Shown here one piece after another: positions 11,771 through 23,329 of a stretch of DNA of 64,000 nt. The notes under the pieces were generated by a model. That model did no database searches and was not told the DNA's origin. It saw nothing but the letters and a program-made list of their open reading frames with translations. Made by a program: the position numbers and the translations under genes. Origin of the DNA: Eledone cirrhosa (lineage: Eukaryota); NCBI GenBank assembly GCA_964016885.1, contig CAXHJY010000397.1, forward strand, positions 186,001-250,000, given 5' to 3'. Position 1 is the stretch's first letter, and every line of letters starts with the position of its first letter.

Positions 11771-14700
11771 GCTTAGGATAGCTTAGCTTAGCTTAGGATA
11801 GCTTAGCTTAGCTTAGCTTAGGATAGCTTAGCTTAGCTTAGCTTAGGATAGCTTAGGATAGCTTAGCTTAGGATAGCTTAGGATAGCTTAGCTTAGGATA
11901 GCTTAGGATAGCTTAGCTTAGGATAGCTTAGGATAGCTTAGCTTAGGATAGCTTAGCTTAGGATAGCTTAGCTTAGCTTAGCTTAGGAGAGCTTAGCTTA
12001 GGATAGCTTAGGATAGCTTAGCTTAGGATAGCTTAGCTTAGGATAGCTTAGGATAGCTTAGCTTAGCTTAGCTTAGGATAGCTTAGCTTAGCTTAGCTTA
12101 GGATAGCTTAGCTTAGCTTAGGATAGCTTAGCTTAGCTTACCTTAGGATAGCTTAGCTTAGCTTAGCTTAGGATAGCTTAGCTTAGCTTAGCTTAGGATA
12201 GCTTAGCTTAGCTTAGGATAGCTTAGCTTAGCTTAGCTTAGGATAGCTTAGCTTAGCTTAGCTTAGGATTACTTAGCTTAGCTTAGCTTAGCTTAGGATA
12301 GCTTAGCTTAGGATAGCTTAGCTTAGCTTAGCTTAGGATAGCTTAGCTTAGCTTAGCTTAGGATAGCTAAGCTTAGCTTAGGATAGCTTAGCTTAGCTTA
12401 GCTTAGGATAGCTTAGCTTAGCTTAGCTTAGCTTAGCTTAGGACAGCTTAGCTTAGCTTAGCTTAGGATAGCTTAGCTTAGCTTAGCTTAGGATAGCTTA
12501 GCTTAGCTTAGCTTAGTATAGCTTAGCTTAGCTTAGGATAGCTTAGGATAGCTTAGCTTAGGATAGCTTAGGATAGCTTAGCTTAGGATAGCTTAGGATA
12601 GCTTAGCTTAGGATAGCTTAGCTTAGGATAGCTTAGCTTAGCTTAGCTTAGGATAGCTTAGCTTGGGATAGCTTAGGATAGCTTAGCTTAGGAAAGCTTA
12701 GCTTAGGAGAGCTTAGCTTAGGATAGCTTAGGATAGCTTAGCTTAGCTTAGCTTAGGATAGCTTAGCTTAGCTTAGCTTAGGATAGCTTAGCTTAGCTTA
12801 GGATAGCTTAGCTTAGCTTAGGATAGCTTAGCTTAGCTTAGCTTAGGATAGCTTAGCTTAGCTTAGCTTAGGATAGCTTAGCTTAGCTTAGCTTAGGATA
12901 GCTTAGCTTAGCTTAGGATAGCTTAGCTTAGCTTAGGATAGCTTAGCTTAGCTTAGGATAGCTTAGCTTAGGATAGTTTAGCTTAGGATAGCTTAGGATA
13001 GCTTAGCTTAGGATAGCTTAGGATAGCTTAGCTTAGGATAGCTTAGCTTAGCTTAGCTTAGGATAGCTTAGCTTAGCTTAGGTAGCTTAGCTTAGCTTAG
13101 CTTAGGATAGCTTAGCTTAGGATAGCTTAGGATAGCTTAGCTTAGCTTAGCTTAGGATAGCTTAGCATAGCTTAGGATAGCTTAGCTTAGCTTAGGTTAG
13201 CTTAGCTTAGCTTAGGATAGCTTAGCTTAGCTTAGCTTAGGATAGCTTAGCTTAGCTTAGCTTAGGATAGCTTAGCTTAGCTTAGCTTAGGATAGCTTAG
13301 CTTAGCTTAGCTTAGGATAGCTTAGCTTAGCTTAGCTTAGGATAGCTTAGCTTAGCTTAGCTTAGGATAGCTTAGCTTAGCTTAGCTTAGGATAGCTTAG
13401 CTTAGCTTAGTTTAGGATAGCTTAGCTTAGGATAGCTTAGCTTAGCTTAGGATAGCTTAGCTTAGCTTAGCTTAGGATAGCTTAGCTTAGCTTAGCTTAG
13501 GATAGCTCAGCTTAGCTTAGCTAAGGATAGCTTAGCTTAGCTTGGCTTAGGATAGCTTAGCTTAGCTTAGCTTAGGATAGCTTAGCTTAGCTTAGCTTAG
13601 GATAGCTTAGCTTAGCTTAGCTTAGGATAGCTTAGCTTAGCTTAGCTTAGGATAGCTTAGCTTAATTTAGGATAGCTTAGTTTAGCTTGGCTTAGGATAG
13701 CTTAGCTTAGCTTTGCTTAGGATAGCTTAGCTTAGGATAGCTTAGGATAGCTTAGCTTAGCATAGCTTAGGATAGCTTAGCTTAGGATAGCTTAGCTTAG
13801 GATAGCTTAGGATAGCTTAGCTTAGGATAGCTTAGGATAGCTTAGCTTAGGATAGCTTAGCTTAGGATAGCTTAGCTTAGCTTAGATTAGGATAGCTTAG
13901 CTTAGCTTAGCTTAGGATAGCTTAGGATAGCTTAGCTTAGGATAGCTTAGGATAGCTTAGCTTAGGATAGCTTAGCTTAGGATAGCTTAGCTTAGGATAG
14001 CTTAGGATAGCTTAGCTTAGGATAGCTTAGCTTAGGATAGCTTAGGATAGCTTAGCTTAGCTTAGGATAGCTTAGCTTAGCTTAGCTTATGATAGCTTAG
14101 CTTAGCTTAGCTTAGCTTAGGATAGCTTAGCTTAGCTTAGCTTAGGATAGCTTAGGATAGCTTAGCTTAGGATAGCTTAGCTTAGCTTAGCTTAGGATAG
14201 CTTAGGATAGCTTAGCTTAGGAAAGCTTAGGATAGCTTAGCTTAGGATAGCTTAGCTTAGGATAGCTTAGCTTAGCTTAGCTTAGGAGAGCTTAGCTTAG
14301 GAAAGCTTAGGATAGCTTAGCTTAGGATAGCTTAGCTTAGGATAGCTTAGGATAGCTTAGCTTAGCTTAGCTTAGGATAGCTTAGCTTAGCTTAGCTTAG
14401 GATAGCTTAGCTTAGCTTAGGATAGCTTAGCTTAGCTTACCTTAGGATAGCTTAGCTTAGCTTAGCTTAGGATAGCTTAGCTTAGCTTAGCTTAGGATAG
14501 CTTAGCTTAGCTTAGGATAGCTTAGCTTAGCTTAGCTTAGGATAGCTTAGCTTAGGATAGCTTAGCTTAGGTTAGCTTAGCTTAGCTTAGCTTAGGATAG
14601 CTTAGGATAGCTTAGCTTAGGATAGCTTAGCTTAGCTTAGCTTAGGATAGCTTAGCTTAGCTTAGGATAGCTTAGCTTAGGATAGCTTAGGATAGCTTAG

Positions 14701-15464
14701 CTTAGCTTAGCTTAGCTTAGGATAGCTTAGCTTAGCTTAGCTTAGGATAGCTTAGCTTAGCTTAGGATAGCTTAGCTTAGCTTAGCTTAGGATAGCTTAG
14801 GATAGCTTAGGATAGCTTAGGATAGCTTAGCTTAGGATAGCTTAGCTTAGCTTAGCTTAGGATAGCTTAGCTTAGCTTAGCTTAGGATAGCTTAGCTTAG
14901 CTTAGGATAGCTTAGCTTAGCTTAGCTTAGGATAGCTTAGCTTAGCTTAGCTTAGGATAGCTTAGCTTAGCTTAGCTTAGGATAGCTTAGCTTAGCTTAA
15001 CTTAGGATAGCTTAGCTTAGCTTAGCTTAGGATAGCTTAGCTTAGCTTAGGATAGCTTAGCTTAGCTTAGCTTAGGATAGCTTAGCTTAGCTTAGGATAG
15101 CTTAGCTTAGCTTAGCTTAGGAGAGCTTAGCTTAGCTTAGCTTAGGATAGCTTAGCTTAGCTTAGCTTAGGATAGCTTAGCTTAGCTTAGCTTAGGATAG
15201 CTTAGCTTAGCTTAGCTTAGGATAGCTTAGCTTAGCTTAGCTTAGGATAGCTTAGCTTAGCTTAGCTTAGGATAGCTTAGCTTAGCTTAGCTTAGGATAG
15301 CTTAGGATAGCTTACCTTAGGAGAGCTTAGCTTAGGATAGCTTAGCTTAGGATAGCTTAGGATAACTTAGCTTAGGATAGCTTAGCTTAGGATAGCTTAG
15401 CTTAGGATAGCTTAGCTTAGGATAGCTTAGGATAGCTTAGCTTAGCTTAGGATAGCTTAGCTTA

Positions 15465-17600
15465 GCTTAGCTTAGGAGAGCTTAGCTTAGCTTAGCTTAG
15501 GATAGCTTAGGATAGCTTAGCTTAGGATAGCTTAGGATAGCTTACCTTAGGAGAGCTTAGCTTAGGATAGCTTAGCTTAGGATAGCTTAGCTTAGGATAG
15601 CTTAGGATAGCTTAGCTTAGCTTAGCTTAGGATAGCTTAGCTTAGCTTAGCTTAGGATAGCTTAGCTTAGGTTAGCTTAGCTTAGCTTAGCTTAGCTTAG
15701 GATAGCTTAGCTTAGGATAGCTTAGGATAGCTTAGGATAGCTTAGCTTAGGATAGCTTAGCTTAGGATAGCTTAGGATAGCTTAGCTTAGGATAGCTTAG
15801 GATAGCTTAGCTTAGGATAGCTTAGCTTAGGATAGCTTAGGATAGCTTAGCTTAGCTTAGCTTAGGATAGCTTAGCTTAGCTTAGCTTAGGATAGCTTAG
15901 CTTAGCTTAGGATAGCTTAGCTTAGCTTAGCTTAGGATAGCTTAGGATAGCTTAGCTTAGGATAGCTTAGGATAGCTTAGCTTAGGATAGCTTAGGATAG
16001 CTTAGGATAGCTTAGCTTAGCTTAGCTTAGGATAGCTTAGCTTAGCTTAGCTTAGGATAGCTTAGCTTAGCTTAGCTTAGGATAGCTTAGCTTAGCTTAG
16101 GATAGCTTAGCTTAGCTTAGCTTAGGATAGCTTAGCTTAGCTTAGCTTAGGACAGCTTAGCTTAGCTTAGCTTAGGATAGCTTAGCTTAGCTTAGGATAG
16201 CTTAGCTTAGCTTAGCTTAGGATAGCTTAGCTTAGCTTAGCTTAGGATAGCTTAGCTTAGGATAGCTTAGCTTAGGATAGCTTAGCTTAGGTTAGCTTAG
16301 CTTAGCTTAGCTTAGGATAGCTTAGGATAGCTTAGCTTAGGATAGCTTAGCTTAGCTTAGCTTAGGATAGCTTAGCTTAGCTTAGCTTAGGATAGCTTAG
16401 CTTAGCTTAGCTTAGGATAGCTTAGCTTAGCTTAGCTTAGGATAGCTTAGCTTAGGATAGCTTAGGATAGCTTAGCTTAGCTTAGGATAGCTTAGCTTAG
16501 CTTAGCTTAGGATAGCTTAGCTTAGCTTAGGATAGCTTAGCTTAGCTTAGCTTAGGATAGCTTAGCTTAGCTTAGCTTAGGATAGCTTAGCTTAGCTTAG
16601 CTTAGGATAGCTTAGGATAGCTTAGGATAGCTTAGCTTAGCTTAGCTTAGGATAGCTTAGCTTAGCTTAGCTTAGGATAGATTAGCTTAGCTTAGCTTAG
16701 GATAGCTTAGCTTAGCTTAGGATAGCTTAGCTTAGCTTAGCTTAGGATAGCTTAGCTTAGCTTAGCTTAGGATAGCTTAGCTTAGCTTAGCTTAGGATAG
16801 ATTAGCTTAGCTTAGGATAGCTTAGCTTAGCTTAGCTTAGGAAAGCTTAGCTTAGCTTAGGATAGCTTAGCTTTGCTTAGCTTAGGATAGCTTAGGATAG
16901 CTTAGCTTAGGATAGCTTAGGATAGCTTAGCTTAGGATAGCTTAGGATAGCTTAGGTTAGGATAGCTTAGCTTAGGATAGCTTAGGATAGCTTAGCTTAG
17001 GATAGCTTAGGATAGCTTAGCTTAGGATAGCTTAGGATAGCTTAGCTTAGGATAGCTTAGCTTAGGATAGCTTAGGAAAGCTTAGCTTAGCTTAGCTTAG
17101 GATAGCTTAGCTTAGCTTAGCTTAGGATAGCTTAGCTTAGCTTAGCTTAGGATAGCTTAGGATAGCTTAGCTTAGGATAGCTTAGGATAGCTTAGCTTAG
17201 GATAGCTTAGCTTAGGATAGCTTAGCTTAGGATAGCTTAGGATAGCTTAGCTTAGGATAGCTTAGCTTAGGATAGCTTAGGATAGCTTAGCTTAGCTTAG
17301 CTTAGGATAGCTTAGCTTAGCTTAGCTTAGGATAGCTTAGCTTAGCTTAGCTTAGCTTAGGATAGCTTAGCTTAGCTTAGGATAGCTTAGGATAGCTTAG
17401 CTTAGGATAGCTTAGGATAGCTTAGCTTAGGATAGCTTAGGATAGCTTAGCTTAGGATAGCTTAGGATAGCTTAGCTTAGGATAGCTTAGCTTAGGATAG
17501 CTTAGCTTAGCTTAGCTTAGGATAGCTTAGCTTAGGATAGCTTAGGATAGCTTAGCTTAGGATAGCTTATCTTAGGATAGCTTAGGATAGCTTAGCTTAG
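15465..17600 (+). repeat. Dispersed copy of about 2830-5000 (offset about 12.6 kb)
   Basis: GAGAG 15476/2840, GACAG 16151/3555, GTTAG-GATAG 16956/4360, GAAAG 17076/4480 (last three offsets 12596). Confidence 0.82.
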
Positions 17601-17699
17601 CTTAGCTTAGGATAGCTTAGCTTAGCTTAGCTTAGGATAGCTTAGCTTAGCTTAGGATAGCTTAGCTTAGCTTAGCTTAGGATAGCTTAGCTTAGCTTA

Positions 17700-20600
17700 G
17701 CTTAGGATAGCTTAGCTTAGCTTAGCTTAGGATAGCTTAGCTTAGGATAGCTTAGCTTAGGATAGCTTAGCTTAGGTTAGCTTAGCTTAGCTTAGCTTAG
17801 GATAGCTTAGGATAGCTTAGCCTAGGATAGCTTAGCTTAGCTTAGCTTAGGATAGCTTAGCTTAGTTTAGCTTAGGATAGCTTAGCTTAGCTTAGCTTAG
17901 GATAGCTTAGCTTAGGATAGCTTAGGATTGCTTAGCTTAGCTTAGCTTAGGATAGCTTAGCTTAGCTTAGCTTAGGATAGCTTAGCTTAGCTTAGGATAG
18001 CTTAGCTTAGCTTAGCTTAGGATAGCTTAGCTTAGCTTAGCTTAGGATAGCTTAGCTTAGCTTAGCTTAGGATAGCTTAGGATAGCTTAGGATAGCTTAG
18101 CTTTGCTTAGCTTAGGATAGCTTAGCTTAGCTTAGCTTAGGATAGCTTAGCTTAGCTTAGCTTAGGATAGCTTAGCTTAGCTTAGGATAGCTTAGCTTAG
18201 CTTAGCTTAGGATAGCTTAGCTTAGCTTAGCTTAGGATAGCTTAGCTTAGCTTAGCTTAGGATAGCTTAGCTTAGCTTAGCTTAGAATAGATTAGCTTAG
18301 CTTAGGATAGCTTAGCTTAGCTTAGCTTAGGAAAGCTTAGCTTAGCTTAGGATAGCTTAGTTTAGCTTAGCTTAGGAGAGCTTAGCTTAGCTTAGGATAG
18401 CTTAGCTTAGCTTAGCTTAGGATAGCTTAGCTTAGCTTAGCTTAGGTAGCTTAGCTTAGCTTAGCTTAGGATAGCTTAGCTTAGCTTAGCTTAGCTTAGG
18501 ATAGCTTAGCTTAGCTTAGCTTAGGAGAGCTTAGCTTAGCTTAGCTTAGGATAGCTTAGGATAGCTTAGCTTAGGATAGCTTAGGATAGCTTACCTTAGG
18601 AGAGCTTAGCTTAGGATAGCTTAGCTTAGGATAGCTTAGGATAGCTTAGCTTAGGATAGCTTAGCTTAGGATAGCTTAGCTTAGGATAGCTTAGGATAGC
18701 TTAGCTTAGCTTAGCTTAGGATAGCTTAGCTTAGCTTAGCTTAGGATAGCTTAGCTTAGGTTAGCTTAGCTTAGCTTAGCTTAGCTTAGGATAGCTTAGC
18801 TTAGGATAGCTTAGGATAGCTTAGCTTAGGATAGCTTAGGATAGCTTAGCTTAGGAGAGCTTAGCTTAGGATAGCTTAGGATAGCTTAGCTTAGGATAGC
18901 TTAGGATAGCTTAGCTTAGGATAGCTTAGCTTAGGATAGCTTAGGATAGCTTAGCTTAGCTTAGCTTAGGATAGCTTAGCTTAGCTTAGCTTAGGATAGC
19001 TTAGCTTAGCTTAGCTTAGGATAGCTTAGCTTAGCTTAGCTTAGGATAGCTTAGGATAGCTTAGCTTAGGATAGCTTAGGATAGCTTAGCTTAGGATAGC
19101 TTAGGATAGCTTAGGATAGCTTAGCTTAGCTTAGCTTAGGATAGCTTAGCTTAGCTTAGCTTAGGATAGCTTAGCTTAGCTTAGCTTAGGATAGCTTAGC
19201 TTAGCTTAGGATAGCTTAGCTTAGCTTAGCTTAGGATAGCTTAGCTTAGCTTAGGACAGCTTAGCTTAGCTTAGCTTAGGATAGCTTAGCTTAGCTTAGG
19301 ATAGCTTAGCTTAGCTTAGCTTAGGATAGCTTAGCTTAGCTTAGGATAGCTTAGCTTAGGATAGCTTAGCTTAGGATAGCTTAGCTTAGGTTAGCTTAGC
19401 TTAGCTTAGCTTAGGATAGCTTAGGATAGCTTAGCTTAGGATAGCTTAGCTTAGCTTAGCTTAGGATAGCTTAGCTTAGCTTAGCTTAGGATAGCTTAGC
19501 TTAGCTTAGCTTAGGATAGCTTAGCTTAGCTTAGCTTAGGATAGCTTAGCTTAGGATAGCTTAGGATAGCTTAGCTTAGCTTAGCTTAGGATAGCTTAGC
19601 TTAGCTTAGCTTAGGATAGCTTAGCTTAGCTTAGGATAGCTTAGCTTAGCTTAGCTTAGGATAGCTTAGCTTAGCTTAGCTTAGGATAGCTTAGCTTAGC
19701 TTAGCTTAGGATAGCTTAGGATAGCTTAGGATAGCTTAGCTTAGCTTAGCTTAGGATAGCTTAGCTTAGCTTAGCTTAGGATAGCTTAGCTTAGCTTAGC
19801 TTAGGATAGCTTAGCTTAGCTTAGGATAGCTTAGCTTAGCTTAGCTTAGGATAGCTTAGCTTAGCTTAGCTTAGGATAGCTTAGCTTAGCTTAGCTTAGG
19901 ATAGCTTAGCTTAGCTTAGGATAGCTTAGCTTAGCTTAGCTTAGGATAGCTTAGCTTAGGATAGCTTAGGATAGCTTAGCTTAGGATAGCTTAGCTTAGG
20001 ATAGCTTAGGATAGCTTAGCTTAGCTTAGCTTAGGATAGCTTAGCTTAGCTTAGCTTAGGATAGCTTAGCTTAGCTTAGGATAGCTTAGCTTAGCTTAGC
20101 TTAGGATAGCTTAGCTTAGCTTAGCTTAGGATAGCTTAGGATAGCTTAGCTTAGCTTAGCTTAGGATAGCTTAGCTTAGCTTAGCTTAGGATAGCTTAGC
20201 TTAGCTTAGCTTAGGATAGCTTAGCTTAGGATAGCTTAGCTTAGGATAGCTTAGCTTAGGTTAGCTTAGCTTAGCTTAGCTTAGGATAGCTTAGGATAGC
20301 TTAGCTTAGGATAGCTTAGCTTAGCTTAGCTTAGGATAGCTTAGCTTAGCTTAGCTTAGGATAGCTTAGCTTAGGATAGCTTAGGATTGCTTAGCTTAGC
20401 TTAGCTTAGGATAGCTTAGCTTAGCTTAGCTTAGGATAGCTTAGCTTAGCTTAGGATAGCTTAGCTTAGCTTAGCTTAGGATAGCTTAGCTTAGCTTAGC
20501 TTAGGATAGCTTAGCTTAGCTTAGCTTAGGATAGCTTAGGATAGCTTAGGATAGCTTAGCTTAGCTTAGCTTAGGATAGCTTAGCTTAGGATAGCTTAGG

Positions 20601-23220
20601 ATAGCTTAGCTTAGCTTAGGATAGCTTAGCTTAGCTTAGCTTAGGATAGCTTAGCTTAGCTTAGGATAGCTTAGCTTAGCTTAGCTTAGGATAGCTTAGC
20701 TTAGCTTAGGATAGCTTAGCTTAGCTTAGCTTAGGATAGCTTAGCTTAGGATAGCTTAGCTTAGGATAGCTTAGCTTAGGTTAGCTTAGCTTAGCTTAGC
20801 TTAGGATAGCTTAGGATAGCTTAGCTTAGGATAGCTTAGCTTAGCTTAGCTTAGGATAGCTTAGCTTAGTTTAGCTTAGGATAGCTTAGCTTAGCTTAGC
20901 TTAGGATAGCTTAGCTTAGGATAGCTTAGGATTGCTTAGCTTAGCTTAGCTTAGGATAGCTTAGCTTAGCTTAGCTTAGGATAGCTTAGCTTAGCTTAGG
21001 ATAGCTTAGCTTAGCTTAGCTTAGGATAGCTTAGCTTAGCTTAGCTTAGGATAGCTTAGCTTAGCTTAGCTTAGGATAGCTTAGGATAGCTTAGGATAGC
21101 TTAGCTTTGCTTAGCTTAGGATAGCTTAGCTTAGCTTAGCTTAGGATAGCTTAGCTTAGCTTAGCTTAGGATAGCTTAGCTTAGCTTAGGATAGCTTAGC
21201 TTAGCTTAGCTTAGCTTAGGATAGCTTAGCTTAGCTTAGCTTAGGATAGCTTAGCTTAGCTTAGCTTAGGATAGCTTAGCTTAGCTTAGCTTAGGATAGA
21301 TTAGCTTAGCTTAGGATAGCTTAGCTTAGCTTAGCTTAGGAAAGCTTAGCTTAGCTTAGGATAGCTTAGTTTAGCTTAGCTTAGGAGAGCTTAGCTTAGC
21401 TTAGGATAGCTTAGCTTAGCTTAGCTTAGGATAGCTTAGCTTAGCTTAGCTTAGGTAGCTTAGCTTAGCTTAGCTTAGGATAGCTTAGCTTAGCTTAGCT
21501 TAGCTTAGGATAGCTTAGCTTAGCTTAGCTTAGGAGAGCTTAGCTTAGCTTAGCTTAGGATAGCTTAGGATAGCTTAGCTTAAGATAGCTTAGGATAGCT
21601 TACCTTAGGAGAGCTTAGCTTAGGATAGCTTAGCTTAGGATAGCTTAGGATAGCTTAGCTTAGGATAGCTTAGCTTAGGATAGCTTAGCTTAGGATAGCT
21701 TAGCTTAGCTTAGCTTAGGATAGCTTAGCTTAGCTTAGCTTAGGATAGCTTAGCTTAGGTTAGCTTAGCTTAGCTTAGCTTAGCTTAGGATAGCTTAGCT
21801 TAGGATAGCTTAGGATAGCTTAGCTTAGGATAGCTTAGGATAGCTTAGCTTAGGAGAGCTTAGCTTAGGATAGCTTAGGATAGCTTAGCTTAGGATAGCT
21901 TAGGATAGCTTAGCTTAGGATAGCTTAGCTTAGGATAGCTTAGGATAGCTTAGCTTAGCTTAGCTTAGGATAGCTTAGCTTAGCTTAGCTTAGGATAGCT
22001 TAGCTTAGCTTAGCTTAGGATAGCTTAGCTTAGCTTAGCTTAGGATAGCTTAGGATAGCTTAGCTTAGGTTAGCTTAGGATAGCTTAGCTTAGGATAGCT
22101 TAGGATAGCTTAGGATAGCTTAGCTTAGCTTAGCTTAGGATAGCTTAGCTTAGCTTAGCTTAGGATAGCTTAGCTTAGCTTAGCTTAGGATAGCTTAGCT
22201 TAGCTTAGGATAGCTTAGCTTAGCTTAGCTTAGGATAGCTTAGCTTAGCTTAGCTTAGGACAGCTTAGCTTAGCTTAGCTTAGGATAGCTTAGCTTAGCT
22301 TAGGATAGCTTAGCTTAGCTTAGCTTAGGATAGCTTAGCTTAGCTTAGCTTAGGATAGCTTAGCTTAGGATAGCTTAGCTTAGGATAGCTTAGCTTAGGT
22401 TAGCTTAGCTTAGCTTAGCTTAGGATAGCTTAGGATAGCTTAGCTTAGGATAGCTTAGCTTAGCTTAGCTTAGGATAGCTTAGCTTAGCTTAGCTTAGGA
22501 TAGCTTAGCTTAGCTTAGCTTAGGATAGCTTAGCTTAGCTTAGCTTAGGATAGCTTAGCTTAGGATAGCTTAGGATAGCTTAGCTTAGCTTAGCTTAGGA
22601 TAGCTTAGCTTAGCTTAGCTTAGGATAGCTTAGCTTAGCTTAGGATAGCTTAGCTTAGCTTAGCTTAGGATAGCTTAGCTTAGCTTAGCTTAGGATAGCT
22701 TAGCTTAGCTTAGCTTAGGATAGCTTAGGATAGCTTAGGATAGCTTAGCTTAGCTTAGCTTAGGATAGCTTAGCTTAGCTTAGCTTAGGATAGCTTAGCT
22801 TAGCTTAGCTTAGGATAGCTTAGCTTAGCTTAGGATAGCTTAGCTTAGCTTAGCTTAGGATAGCTTAGCTTAGCTTAGCTTAGGATAGCTTAGCTTAGCT
22901 TAGCTTAGGATAGCTTAGCTTAGCTTAGGATAGCTTAGCTTAGCTTAGCTTAGGATAGCTTAGCTTAGGATAGCTTAGGATAGCTTAGCTTAGGATAGCT
23001 TAGCTTAGGATAGCTTAGGATAGCTTAGCTTAGCTTAGCTTAGGATAGCTTAGCTTAGCTTAGCTTAGGATAGCTTAGCTTAGCTTAGGATAGCTTAGCT
23101 TAGCTTAGCTTAGGATAGCTTAGCTTAGCTTAGCTTAGGATAGCTTAGGATAGCTTAGCTTAGCTTAGCTTAGGATAGCTTAGCTTAGCTTAGCTTAGGA
23201 TAGCTTAGCTTAGCTTAGCT
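17700..23220 (+). repeat. Tandem duplication, period about 3004 bp
   Basis: TTTAG 17866/20870, GATTG 17926/20930, CTTTG 18101/21105, ATTAG 18291/21300, GTAG 18446/21455, GAGAG 18855/21854, GACAG 19255/22259. Confidence 0.88.
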
Positions 23221-23329
23221 TAGGATAGCTTAGCTTAGCTTAGGATAGCTTAGCTTAGCTTAGCTTAGGATAGCTTAGCTTAGCTTAGCTTAGGATAGCT
23301 TAGCTTAGGATAGCTTAGGATAGCTTAGC

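Larger units (their letters stand above)
1..15465 (+). repeat. Copy 1 of large duplicated block (offset about 23.9 kb); left end lies outside the window
   Basis: Marker pairs: ATTAG 27/23924, GTAG 182/24079, GTAG 2761/26658, GAAG 7980/31877 (all 23897); GTAG 10404/34300, 10843/34724, 13082/36958; GATAA 15361/39237 (23876). Confidence 0.93.
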
